Below, in pieces: positions 13,347 to 26,394 of a stretch of DNA of 64,000 nt. The notes under the pieces are model-generated. The model was not told the DNA's origin. It ran no database searches and was given only the letters and a program-made list of their open reading frames with translations. This DNA comes from Octopus vulgaris (Eukaryota), in NCBI GenBank assembly GCA_951406725.2, contig OX597825.1, positions 76,260,001 to 76,324,000 on the forward strand, written 5' to 3'. The translations under genes and the position numbers were made by a program. How positions within the stretch are numbered: the stretch's first letter is position 1; each line of letters opens with the position of its first letter.

Positions 13347-14000
13347 GCACGCTTATAGGGTGGTATATATTCGGTATCTTAAAGAAGATTTTCCCATCAG
13401 TTCTCTTTCTTCTATACAGAGATGACGCTCAAGCAACTCTTGAGGGGCGAACCTCCGCACCTCTGAAAGGCCTAATTAGCACAATTAGCAGCATGGGGCT
13501 CAAAATTACAACCGCGATTAACTTCGCCATTGTAAACTTTTTAGATCCTACCTAAGACCTTCTCTCTCAATGTTAAAACCTGTGTGTAAAGAATATTCCT
13601 TTGATTGTTGGACAAACGCTTCTCTCACTCACAAAGATCCGGACGTTTGGTCAGTAATTTTATTGTCTGGACAATAAAAACATGAAAAAAGTGGACCACA
13701 CCGAGATATAACAATATCTGTTTCAACACACGATTTCACATCAGGAATTTTACAAACCAAACACATAAACGTTTCATTGTGAAGCTCTTGGATTTATAAA
13801 TGAACCTCTGAGCTTTGAATCTCTGTGAGAACGGGATAGCCATGCTCCTTCCATTATATCCTTATCTAAGAGAATTTAATGTCCTTTTAAATGAAAATAA
13901 TGCAGAATTTAAAAAGGAACTTTAAATCATGTAAAAAAAAATATAAGGGAAATTCCATGTGCTGTTCGTATTTGTTAACGGAAAAGAGAAGACAGAGAGA
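13313..14000. repeat. Local duplication, block A copy 2
   Basis: (GA)n-gggaggggcacgcttatagg...ccggacgtttg...gatttataaatgaacctctg shared with 11238-12330. Confidence 0.9.
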
Positions 14001-14024
14001 GAAGATAGATAGATAGACAGATAG

Positions 14025-14058
<34 letters not shown>

Positions 14059-14175
14059 AAAGAGAGGGGGAGACACAGAGACCGTAAGGGAAGCTGATTA
14101 CTGAACGGAACAGCGGACAATGCTGTTTATCTCCTATGCTTTTTCTTCTTCAAAATTCTATTTGAGCCGTGATTT

Positions 14176-14272
14176 AGCGCATGCGCTTTAGTGAATCAAT
14201 TGTCGTCTGCTTACTGAGAACTTATAAAATATGTCCAACAACTCATGTCAAAATAGCAAGAGAAAGGTAAGG
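14176..14272 (+). promoter_or_regulatory. Candidate promoter and first exon
   Basis: NRF1-like palindrome agcgcatgcgct at 14176-14187 in a CpG-enriched patch; aaatATG at 14231 (MSNNSCQNSKRK); strong donor AAG|GTAAGG at 14266/14267. Confidence 0.4.
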
Positions 14273-15448
14273 CGTTTTTATAGTAGTTTTTTTCTTTCAA
14301 ATGACCGTATTGAGATATGTTATAGATCTACTAAAGTAGGAAGAAATAATATAGATAATGTGTTTGATTGTTCTTAACATAAAATGAAAAATAACAGATA
14401 AATCACAAAGTAGAAGATATGAGAATATAGAATCTTTCAGAGATGTTGCATCTTGAGATTGCACATTTAATATTACTTGTATAGAATTTTATATCCTTTC
14501 ACAGGTCTTATGGTTCAGAAAAATATACATTTCCTTCTTGCAATTTTCAAAATAGTCGTCGAGTTTCCACAGGGTACTTGTAGTTTAATAATTACCTATC
14601 AAATGACAGTCTTCATTATAGGGAGGTGTGTGGGCTCAATGTGGAGTTTCTGCTGCAGTTTTGACTTTGAAACAAAATATATTTTTTACAAATGTTCCCT
14701 ACCTTACAAAAAGTATATCAGCTAATTGAACGGCATTTGCTTTATGCATTAGGAGTATTATAACAGAATCTGGTTATTATTTCAGAAATTTCATTCCCAC
14801 TTTCTTTGGGTCCGTAAAAGACAAATTTGTTTGTAGCAGAATGAAGAAGATACGATAATACAAATTTGCCGCAGATATTTTATTAGAAACCTCAATTACA
14901 GTCGGGTCAAAACCGAGGAAAAATTCTTGAAAAAAAGTACATTTCGACTGAGTACATTTGGGACTCTCTCAACTTTAATAACAAAACGTATGCTGACCAA
15001 TTTTCATTTCTAAAGATGACCCTTCAATACAAAATGATGAAGTAATACTTGCAGTGTAAAGGGTTTAAACATGCAGAGAGAAAATATGGAGAAATCAGAA
15101 GTTACTAATTCTACCCTGGTTACTAATTTCCCTTTCCTCATCTTTACGAATGTGTTTAAAATATCAGTTAATGTTATTGTGTTGAGCAGTTTTGTCATTG
15201 GTAAAATCTATTGCAGTTATGCAAATGAGGAATTTCTTTAACTTAATTTTTAATTCAGTATTCTTAATTTAAAACTTTGTAGCTGTCGGTTATTTCCAAA
15301 TTAAGCGTTATAAAATTCTAATAAGGCTATATTAAAATTAGTGTACAACACATTCTAACATTGCTTGATACAAACTTACACTCTGGCAGAAGTGTACCTT
15401 CCTCATTATTCGTTAAACAACTCCAATCGAGATACACACAACAAGCAA

Positions 15449-15913
15449 GGTCTTTATGCATAAACAAACTATTGATCGTACACAAGATATGCCACTTTTT
15501 AAATTGTAAAATATTTAATAGTAGAACGAAACAAACACGGCGAAGTTTCAGATCTGCACGCGACTTAATTTAGATATTCTCCGATTTGACGGAGATTTTC
15601 CGAATTTTTTTTGTTCGCCACGACTTTCGAAACAAGAGAGTGGGAGGTGCATCTGTTTATGGAAAATAATTTCTGCAAATTCAAGATCTTTTTCACATCC
15701 ATCCCATCGCGCAATCCTTCAGACAGATTTTGACCAATTCTTTTGGCACGAAAATCCATGTGAAAGGCTTTGATCTTCCTTTCTTTTTCTCCGTTGCTCT
15801 CTTAAAGATTTGTCTGTTTAATAGAAGAGAGATAACTCTGACATTTATTTATTAGCTTCACGTCCCTTGGTTACTATTTTCATGCAATAAAACGCAAAGT
15901 GACTCATTGGGTA

Positions 15914-15955
<42 letters not shown>
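15449..15955. repeat. Local duplication, block B copy 2, ending in (GA)n
   Basis: Nearly identical to 12367-12860. Confidence 0.92.
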
Positions 15956-15956
<1 letters not shown>

Positions 15957-15960
<4 letters not shown>

Positions 15961-18900
15961 CTTTATTCACCATAAGGTTGAGAAAAAGAGGGGACAATAC
16001 GGGGACAGACAAAGCAAACGTTGGGGTCAGGGTATCGAATGAGACGAAACGTATGAATAAACAAAGAATTAAAATATATACAATTAAATGAGAATGAGTG
16101 ATTAACAAAAAATGAAGCGGAGGATGCGGTCGACCCCACAAACCACATACTCACACTGAAGACTTTGCTTTATCCTTTTTTACATTCCCGATTAAACAGG
16201 TTCTTTCACTCGCAACATACTTGCAATAGACTTCCATTTTTTACGAAACACGCTTTGCGACAGGCATTTCTTCTCCAGCCTTATTTTCCGTTTCATGTGG
16301 AAAACGAAAAATTCGATTAGCTCGAGACTGGAGATAAACATGCCTGATGCAATTCCTTTTACTCTCGTCTCCCACACTACTTCTTTCGCCACAGCAACTT
16401 CCGAGAGAAAACAGGCTCGCTCCTCCCTATTCAGGGAGGTTGGCGGAACGATCTTAATTACAGATTCGCTCGACAGTTGTACTCTTCTCGAATGCGACAG
16501 CAAGTGTTCGACATAAGCCCAGAGTTCAGTCACCTTAGGGCATTGCACAATCGCGTGCAGGACAGTTTCACTGTCCCTCTCGCATCTTGCACAAACCGGC
16601 GAAAGTGCACACCCATGTCTAAAGAGCTTATCTCGAACCGGTAAAGCTCCTCTGTAACATTGCCAGGCCAGGGACTTTTGGTAATTAACCATAGGCCCCG
16701 GACCGAATGTTCTTTGGAACAGGCTGGCCAGTTGATTTTCTTCGAAGCCCAGGGTTTCTCCCAGGACGTCGTCACACTTAAACTCTACTAACCCTCTATA
16801 GAAGAACGAGGTAGTACCCCCGCCACTGGCGTTGCCCGACTGGGAGAGAAGCACGAGTGCCTGATGGCACTCTACATGTCACACGTCCAACCTCGGTCTA
16901 CACTTGATCCATGGGTTCAGTTTGGTAAACGATATGAACTGTGGAAATAACAGCTTGACGAACGGAGACCACACCTGCTCACCGTCCAGATAAAGCCAGA
17001 GGTGCCTAAGCCTGAGCGCATGTCTGCGCATTTTTAGCCACGGCATCCCTAACCCACCCTTCAGCGGCTTTTGACAGCAAACAGAGCGCCTTACAAGAGG
17101 TCTGCTGGCCCTCCACAAACAGCGAAAGAGCATGCGATCCAGCTTGTTCAGCCACGAATTGGGGCAAGGCACGACGGTCAGGCAGTAAGTGATTTCAAAG
17201 GCGATAAACACCTCTGCAACCTCCGCACTCCCTTTCAAGGACAGCTTCCGCTCAGACCAGGTCTGAGTTAGGAGAGCCACCTTTCTCGCCACCTCGCTCC
17301 AATTCTTCTCTATCTGGAGATCTGGCCCTAACCAAATTCCGAGCATTTTCACCGGCCCTTCCGTCCAACGTCCTACGACGCTGTCGGAAGACATCGACTT
17401 GCTCCTCCAGGTGCCGACCGATTTATCCCGGTTGACTTTCGCTCCTGCCACTACTTCGTAGTCCCTTAAGGCCTCACCCACCCACTGTAGGTGCTCGACT
17501 CGGGATACGATGACGGTGATGTAGTCCGCATACGCCGAAGCTGACTTTCCGCACCCTAGATCTTGCGGAGTGCCTCTCATAGTTTCCAACCTCCCCAGCA
17601 ACGACTCGAGGGCCAAAACGTAGAGAAGCGGGGAGAGAGGACACCCTTGACGTACCGAACGTTCAATGCGGAACGGCCCCGAAAAGAAACCATTCACCCG
17701 AACTACCGATTCGATGTTGCTGTATAAAGCGTTGATCCATCGGAAGGTCGGGCCGAAGCCAGCCGCCGTGTGGACCGCCGCCAGATTCTGATGGTCCACC
17801 TTTTCGAACGCTTTCGATTGGTCCAAGTGGACCATAGCCCCACCCTTGCCAGGAATCCTATTTACCCTTTCTAAGGCATAGCGTAGAAAGTGGAGATTGT
17901 CGTGGATGGTCCTTCCAGGAATGGCGAAAGTTTGCGCCTCGCCAACAAGTTCACCCACGACCCGCGCCAACCTTTTTGCTAAGACCTTGGCCAAAATCTT
18001 TAACTCTGCGTTAAGCAGAGTGATGGGCCGAAAATTATCAATTAAACCCCCCTTGTTTGGGTCCTTTCTTAACAGCGCTACCACCCCTCGGCTCACAGAC
18101 TTGGGAATTCTCCCGTTCTGCTGCCAGTTGGTTTACACGCATGCAAGTAGTTGCCCAAACAAGTCTGGCATGCTACTATAGAGTTCGTAAGGCAGACCAT
18201 CGTGTCCCGGCGATTTGTCCCCGCCGCAGTCTGCCAACACATCCTCGACTTCTTTGGCTGTGATCGACGCCTCACAAGATTCCGCGTCCGGCCTCGATAG
18301 ACGCGGCTAACCGGCTAGGAAGTCTGCGAGCCCCTCCCCGCGCTCCAGTCCGCCGCTCCTCCCGAATAGCTGGGAGAAATGATCGTGAAACACCTTGCAC
18401 ATCTCCTCGGGTTCGTTTACTAATCGACCATTTGGGCCCGTCAAAGATCGAATGGTTGAGTTGCCACGCTGGCCCTCTACCACCCGGGCCCATCCGGCTG
18501 CGTTGATCCCTTCCTGTCTCATTGCACGGATCTTAGCCCTGACAATGCACCCTTCATGTTTAGTTTTGAGATGTTGATCGAGTGCCAACCTCGCCGCTAA
18601 CACTTTCGATGCACTGACTGACCTCATTGCCTCATCTATTGCCTTAACTAGTTCCTTTTCTACTTTGTTTCTAGCACTAGCTAGTTCTTTGCTAAACCTA
18701 ATTGACTCAAATGTGATGGCTCTTTTCAGGGCGTACCACCATTTGTTGTTGATAATGGATCCGGTTAACGCCCTCATTACTAATTGTTTAATCCGATTCC
18801 AGTAGGCTTCACAGTCCAATAGTGACTTGTTTAGCTTCCAGTACCCGGTACCTCGTCTACACATGCTATCTATGTCGAGCGTACAGGTCACTAATTTGTG

Positions 18901-20525
18901 ATCGCTGTAGCTGACGATATGGTGTTGTGGACAGCTAAGTATTTTCTTATCTTTCCTTCTAGTTATGATTCTATCTTTGTAAGATCGTTTCTTGCCCAGG
19001 TCCACGCTGGAGTGTCTGTGTGGTTCAGTCTGAATCGATCTGCCAATTCGAAACGACTTAGCTGATCGTTGAGGTGAGGTAACCCCCTCCTATTCTTTCT
19101 CGAGCCAACATAATCTACGCGTGCATCGCAAATTATGTTGAAGTCACCTAGCAATACTAACGTGTTCGACGTGCCAAGAAAATTCTCTAGGCTTTTGAAG
19201 TACTCTTTCTACCCGGCTTTTCCTTCGCAGGGAGCATAGACAGTGACCAGCCTGAACGCTTTACCACTGCTGTGCGTCTTATCCAAAACGACCAGCCTGC
19301 CTTTCGGATCTATAAAGACAGTTCTAATCTCTAGATCCAGGTTTTTCCTGACCAGTCCTCCGCCCCCTCCAGGTCGACAGGGAAAAACGTATTTCTCGTA
19401 GCCGTTTAGAAGGGGCGAAAAAGCCTGCAGCCCACTCAGTCTGGATTCGGTAATTACCACTACATCCAAACAATGCGACCTAAGGTCGTTAAGGCGGTAG
19501 CCTTGCTTCCAATACGACCCCAGGCCGCGAATATTTATACAACCGAGTTTAAACGAGAATGTGAAAAATTAGTCGAATGTTTAAAACTTACTGTTTTAAC
19601 GGAAGAGAGAGTGTAGTTTCACCCTCCTCTTTTCTGTCTGTGAGTGTTGTGTTTTGCGAGGTCATTTTTTTCGCGAATTGCCTGTACAGATGGCTCAAAA
19701 AGTTCATCTGTAACGGGCCGACGTCTTCCGCAAAAGATTTTTTAGTTCAAAATAGTCAGAGTTATCTATAGTATAAAATTCGACATTTTCAGAAATAGTA
19801 TTATTTACATCTGTTGCGATATATTTTTTCGCCGATTTCATTAAAATAATTTTTTCTCTTAATAGTTTTTTATTTTTATTTATCGCCGTGAAAGTGTTTC
19901 TTTTTTAATGTTAGGCGATTGTGGAAGGGTGTGTGTGTGTGCTTGTAGAAGCGTGGGTGTTTGTAGGTGTGTGTGTGTTTGTGTGTGTTTTTTCCAGTGT
20001 GTGTGTTTTTTTGGCTACGTGTGTGTTTGCGACTGTATTTGTGGATGTGGGTGTGCTTGTCTGTCTCGGAGCATAGTCCTGTGTATCCGAAGAGGGTGGG
20101 TTTTTCCGTTTCCGTCTTCTTTTTGAAGGTTCTATGGTGACCAACTCCTGGATGTTGTTGTTGTTGTCGTCGTCGTCGTCGTTGTTGTCGTTGTTGTTTT
20201 CTCCCGCTGTCGGCTGAACTTCGGCAATTGGGGTGCGCGACGTGGCTGCTATTTCTAGCGGTGTGGTTTTTGTCTTCGGCGTCGTGTTTGCCTCTTCTGC
20301 GGCATTTTCTTTGGCTGTCTTCTTCTTACAGCTCAACCTTATGTGGCCTTTCTCGCCACATTTGTAACACCTGGGCTTTCTCCTCTCGACTACTACCATC
20401 ATGCTCACCATCAATGGTGAGGGAACTGGGCAATTTTTCTAAGTCTGAGGGGTTTGCTTGGATCAAAAGCTCTAAATCTTGTCCATACCAGTTCATGTGG
20501 CGATATCTCTTAGACTGAAGAATGG
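15957..20525 (-). mobile_element. Tx1/L1-clade non-LTR retrotransposon, 5'-truncated and frameshifted
   Basis: ORF1 CCHC knuckle CYKCGEKGHIRLSC; ORF2 APE endonuclease (GCINIRGL, ITESRL, LGDFN, SDHK), RT (NFRPITLLN, RQGCPLSPLLY, YADY in place of YADD), C-terminal CARC...H..C; aataaa then (TC)n at the 3' end. Confidence 0.93.
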
Positions 20526-23450
20526 CAATTTCTTCCTCTTTGCCTAAGAGAATCGCTGCTATGACAAAGAAAGAATGGCTAAATATACTAGAGCTCAATG
20601 AGATTAGGAGGAAGGTGATGACCAAAAACATGGGGAGCGATGCAGAAGTAGATACGGAGGATGCTGATGATGTTGCACTTAATGTGAGTAACCAGGAGAA
20701 GTATAATGTCTCAAGCCTAGAGTGTAGAGAAGGAATAAATAATGAAGACAAAGGAATGATCAAATACATTACCAGTATCATTGAGGAAAACTTGGATATG
20801 GAAATAAATGGGTTCAGGAAAGTAGATAGAAATTTACTCTGGGCATGGACCCCTAAGGTGAATAAAATACTGAAAGAAATCAAGACAAATAATATATATT
20901 TCTTTACTGCCCACAAGGGGCTAAACATAGAGGGGACAAACAAGGGCAGACAAACGGATTAGGTCGTCGATTACATCGACTCCAGTGCGAAACTGGTACT
21001 TTATTTATCGACCCCAGTGCGAAACTGGTACTTTATTTATCGACCCCGAAAGGATGAAAGGCAAAGTCGACCTCGGCGGAATTTGAACTCAGGACGTAAT
21101 GGCAGACGAGATACGGCTACGCATTTCACCCGGCGTGCTAACGTTTCTGCCAGCTCGCCAGCTCCTCCTAATCTCATTGAGCTCAAGACAAATAATATAA
21201 CCAGAACAAATAGATTGATTAAAGCCTGCAATATCTATATAGGAAATAAAGTAGGCTTCAAACCAAACCATAAAGGAGGGAATGAAGAAAAAGAACTCTG
21301 GTGGGAAAGAAGAATAAAACAATCAATGAATGAACTATGAAAACATATCAACATCTTGGAAAGAAAGAAAAAGAGTGAAATCATGAGGGAAGAGAAATAT
21401 CAAGAGCTAGAACATAGATATTGGGTAAGGAAAAAGGGGCTAAATGTAGTTCTTGATGAGCTGAAACAAAGTTTGCAGGCTAAAGCAACAAAGTTCAAGA
21501 GATGTGACCAAAGAATTGAACAATATAAAATCAACAGATTGTTCCAACAAGCTCAGCAGCTAAATGGAAAGGTTAATGGCAGTGAGAGACCAGATGAAGA
21601 AAGGAAAAGGTTTTGGAGTAACATCTGGGACAATGGAAGAAAGCATAACAAAGATGCTAAATGGTTGAAGGAATTAAGGTCTGAAAAATATGAGTAATAT
21701 TAGAATAACAGCTGAAATGGTAACCAAACAGACAACAAAGATCCCAAACTCAAAATGCCCAGGACCGGATGGGGTACAAGGATATTGGCAGAAAATTTTC
21801 CCACAACTACACAGAAGAATAGCCATACAAATGGATAAAACGATCACAAACGGCGTACAAATCCCAAATTGGCTAACTACCGGTAAAACAATTTTTGGTC
21901 AAAAGGATCCCAGCAAAGGCAATGGCAATGCAGAGGATAATTACTGGCCTATCGCCTGCCTGCCCTCTGATGTGAAAGTTGATGACGGGAATAATATTTA
22001 GTTGTGTGTATAACTTCATGGAAATGAATGACAAACTGCCAGTGGAAAAGAAAGGGTGCAGAAGAAAAAGCTGGAGGACGAAAGACCAACTCCTGATAGA
22101 CAGAATGGTACTGAATGACTGCAAAAAAAGACTAATTTGAGCATGGCATGGATCGATTATAAGAAAGTGTATGACAGGTACAGGTGTCTGATAACACATC
22201 AAATTTCATTAGGAGATCAATGAAAAGCTGGAAAACAGAGTTAAATTCACGTGGAAAAGTTTTGCCAACAGTTAATGTCACGAGAGGCATATTTCAAGGA
22301 GATAGCCTATCACCGTTGCTGTTCGGGACTTTTATGATACCCCTCACACAGATACTACAGAAGGTGACATCAGGGTACTAATTGAAAAGTAGAGGAAAAT
22401 TAAATCATCTGTTATATATGGATGATTTAAAGATCTTTGGAAATAGCAAACATGAAATAAATGGCCTAGTTTCAACAGTGCAGATATTCAGTAAGGATAT
22501 CAGAATGGAATTTGGTCTAAAATGTGTGGTATGCTTATAATACAAAGAGGGGATTATAGAATACCACAAAATCGAGGAAAAGGACATGAAGGAAAACTTT
22601 AGGTGAGAATATCTCAGAAGAACCAAATTAATTATGGGAAATAGACTGAATGGAAAAACAAAATCAGGGCAAAGAACACATGTGATATGGCACAGGTGTT
22701 GTTAGGTGGAGAAAGATCGAGCTTATTGTGGGTGAGTGTAACAAGCTGGCCCAAAGGCACTACAAAAGGAGGCACGATAACAAGGCTAAGTTCATCCACT
22801 GAAAGCTATATGAAAAGTATAGTCTGAACAGAGCACGAAAATGATATGAACATGAACCAGAAGGAGTTACCAAGAATAAGGAACATAAGATACTGTGGGA
22901 TTTTACAATTCAATATGACTCCCTAATCGAGGCTTGGGAAACCAGACATTGTTGTGATAGATAAAGGTAAAAAGGAAACCAAAATCATAGATACTGCAAC
23001 ACCTGGAGATGCACACATTAGTGACAAAGAACTAGAAAAGATTGAAAAGTACAGAGTACTAAAAGACAAAATTGCAAGAATGTGGACTATGAGGAGAGTA
23101 TCTGTCATTCCAGTAGTTGTAGGGGCACTCAGAGTACTAACAACCAAGTTGAAGAAGCTTGTGTAAGAAATTGGAAATGACATGAGAGCAGAGTAAGCCC
23201 CCAAGACTGCTCTGTTGGGGACAGCTAGGACTTTGAGATTGGTACTTGGATGTTAAATGTCTCCCATGATAATTAACAACCAAGTATCAAAGGTTATAAT
23301 GTGCAGAAAGATACCCCGAGAGAACTCTGATGGCAGGCTGCTGTACGCTCTCACAGAATCTACCAGAACAAACAAGACTGAATGTTAGGAGAAGAAGAGG
23401 GAGGAGGAGGAGGAGGAAGAGACAAAGTAGTAGTAGTAGTAGTAGTAGTG
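20526..23450 (+). mobile_element. Dong/R4-clade LINE (restriction-like endonuclease), decayed, copy 1
   Basis: PGPDGVQGYW, GIFQGDSLSPLLF, YMDDLK, KPDIVVID...IIDTATP nuclease motifs; (AGT)n tail at about 23426-23448. Confidence 0.88.
20901..21160 (-). mobile_element. Meta-like tRNA SINE nested in the Dong LINE
   Basis: Family match; 17-bp TSD tcaagacaaataatata at 20880-20896 and 21183-21199. Confidence 0.88.
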
Positions 23451-25587
23451 TCCTAACAAATGCAGTAATCTCAGTTCTGCATGGATTGGTTATAATAAGG
23501 GCTTCGACAGCATACCACATTCATGGATCTTGAAATCGCTTGATATCTTCAAAACATCTTTAATTTCTTACTTCCTGAAGTAAATGTCAATGTGGAATAT
23601 GAATCTCCAATTATGACACTCTAATGGAATACTGACCACAAAAAATATTAATATCAACTCCTGTATTTTCCAAGGTAACTCGCTTTCATCTTTAATTTTT
23701 TACATAGCCCTACTACCCTTACAACAAATGAACTTAACAGAACAGGGTATAGATATAAAGTTGGCAACAAGAACATAAGTCATCTGTTTTATATGGATGA
23801 CTTAAAACTCTATGGCAAAGATGATAATGAGTTTGAAGGACTGCTACATACTGTGAAAACATTCAGTGGTGACATCAGGATGGAATTTAGTCTTCATAAA
23901 TGTGCCACGGCCACTTTCCAGAAAAGAAAATTGAAGACCTCTCATCCAGTGGTGTTGGATGTTGACACAGTCATAAAATAACTCAAGCAGGAATGAACTT
24001 ACAAATACCTCGGAATAAATGAGAGCTCTGACATTCAGCATGCAAGCACGAAAGAGGTCAGGAAGGAGTGTTACAGGAGAGTTTGAGCAGTCCTAAAATC
24101 CAAGTTAAATGCATGTAACAAGGTGTTTGCTATAAATTCCTTAGCAATTCTAGTTGTTATTTACAGTTTCAATGTGTTTAATTGGAATATGAGTGAAATA
24201 AGGAAGATTTACAGGAAAATACGTAAGCTGCTGACTTACAATAAGATGCACCACCCAAAGGTAGACGCAGATCATCTTTACCTACCCAGAACTCAAGGAG
24301 ATTGAGGCTTGATCCAATTTCAAAATCTTCTACAAAACCACGACAATTGAACTGGCAAAATATCTTGAAACATCTAACGACTGGATGTTAAAGCTAGTTG
24401 AAAACCATGCAAGATGTAAGAAGTTTCATTCTGTTAAGGAGAGCAAAATTTTTCAAGTGAGTTTATGCATAATACCCAGGTTGAACAGTATAATGGAAGT
24501 ACAGTAACTGTAGCTGCGAAGAAGGTGAAATCAATAGCAAAGCAAAATGTGTTTGAACAATTGGCTGATAGGTGGGAACAAAAACCTCTGCAAGGCAAAT
24601 ATGTGACTCATAACAAACAAGCTGATGTAGACCAGAAGCACACCCATCAGTGGCTACGGAGCTCAAGGCTAAAGATAGAGAGTGAAGGCTTTATCTTGGC
24701 TGCCCAAGATTAAAGCTTATTGACCCAGAACTATCAAGTCAATGAGATGAAAAATGGGATAGATCCAAAGTGCTGATCCCGCAATAAAATGATTGAAACA
24801 GTGGACCACCTAATCTCATGATGTAAGGTTTTAGCACCTGTAGAGTACAAATCAAGACATGACAGAGTTGGCCAATATCTACATTGGAGAATGTGTCAGC
24901 ATTATAAAATCAAAATTGCTGACAAATCGTACAAGTGCCACCCTGAGGCTGTAACAGAGTGAGAAAATGTGACTATTCTTTGGGATTTCCCAGTATATAC
25001 AGACTGGACTATCAAAGCAAATAAACCAGATATTGTTGTGAAATACCAAAACAATAAAGTCTGTTTATTGATTGACATGAGCATACCCTGTCACCATAAT
25101 ATCTTGACAAAAGAATTTGGCAAGCTCAGAAAATATAAAGATTTGCTAATTGAGATTGAAAAGATGTGGCATCTCAAGCTAGTTACAATACCAGTGATTT
25201 TAGGAGCACTTGGAATGATCAAACAAAGGAACTGAAAATTATTTAAGAATGATCCCTGACTTACCATCCATGCAGGAGGTGCAAAAGATTGTCTTAACTG
25301 GTATATCACACGTATTGAGAAGAGCATGTTGCTGTGAATTTTCCCCACCTTTTTCTTGCTTACTGTTTTATTTTTTTATTTTTCCTTTTTCTCTCTGTCT
25401 TTCTTCTTTTTCTCTATCACATGATTTTGTAAGTGAGCTATCTGGTGTGCTTATTTTAATAGCTTCCCAATGTATACAGTACATTTCGATGCCCTAGGTG
25501 TCAGAAGATGGTCATCAAGAAATGGAAACAGAATTGAAAGATGTATAGAAGCGGTGGCGATGATGATGATGATGATGATGGTGATGG

Positions 25588-25628
<41 letters not shown>
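23451..25628 (+). mobile_element. Dong/R4-clade LINE, 5'-truncated, copy 2
   Basis: FDSIPHSWI, YMDDLKLY, ESEGFILAAQD, ILWDF...NKPDIVV...LIDMSIP; (ATG)n tail. Confidence 0.88.
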
Positions 25629-25934
25629 CAGCAGCATTTGGGTTTTATGATCTTTAGTGTAAATGAGGTCTATTCTCTCAATATACTGGTTTTACCTTTT
25701 AAAAATTAAAAAAATAGTGCTCATGAGAACTTCCATATCCTACTTAAAATATTGTCTATGTAATCCACAAAATATTTTAATCCATAAACAGTGTCAAAAT
25801 ACTTTTAAATATACATAACAACAAACACCTTTTATTGTCATCTTAACATCAAACTATCATCTTATAATCAAATTACTTTTAAAGAAAACTTCTAATTTAC
25901 TTATGTTTTGACAGACATTCTCTAGAACAATATA

Positions 25935-26036
25935 TGGCACTCTAGTCAACACTAATTTGAACTTCTAACTTGTTGTCTCTTGAGGTTTCTGGGTGAGACT
26001 TAGAGTCAACTTGTACAAATACAAAGCAAAAGCCAA

Positions 26037-26080
<44 letters not shown>

Positions 26081-26105
26081 TAACAACAACAACAACAACA
26101 ACAAT
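25935..26105 (+). mobile_element. Probable 3' end remnant of a Dong-like LINE
   Basis: Short UTR-like segment followed by a (TAA)n(CAA)n tail, same orientation as its neighbours. Confidence 0.45.
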
Positions 26106-26394
26106 AAGTTAAAAATAATGAGGATTTATTCAATATATTATTTACAAATTATTCATTATGTGGTATATTTTTCAAATTTTCTTGGAGTTGATGTTACTGA
26201 CTGAAAAGTAAGATATAGTTTCTGAAATAAAAAAAATATACCAAATTGCTAAATATTGAAATCTTATATTCATATATATTTGATTAGTTGTAAGTAAGGT
26301 TGTTTTGTATCAGGATTATCAACAGACTGAGGAGTTCTTTTTATGTAGGTTCTGCATATACCTCACTATCATGGATTCCAGCTGACCTTTCTGT
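26105..26394 (-). pseudogene. Duplicated end of the terminal exon plus 3' UTR
   Basis: Paralogous to 28046-28582 without its SINE; reads TERSAGIHDSEVYAEPT* versus TGRSAGIHDSEVYAEPS*. Confidence 0.85.

Noticed and set aside
20326-20943. 205-aa hydrophobic minus-strand ORF
   Set aside because: Antisense to the purine-rich Dong LINE and spans a TE junction
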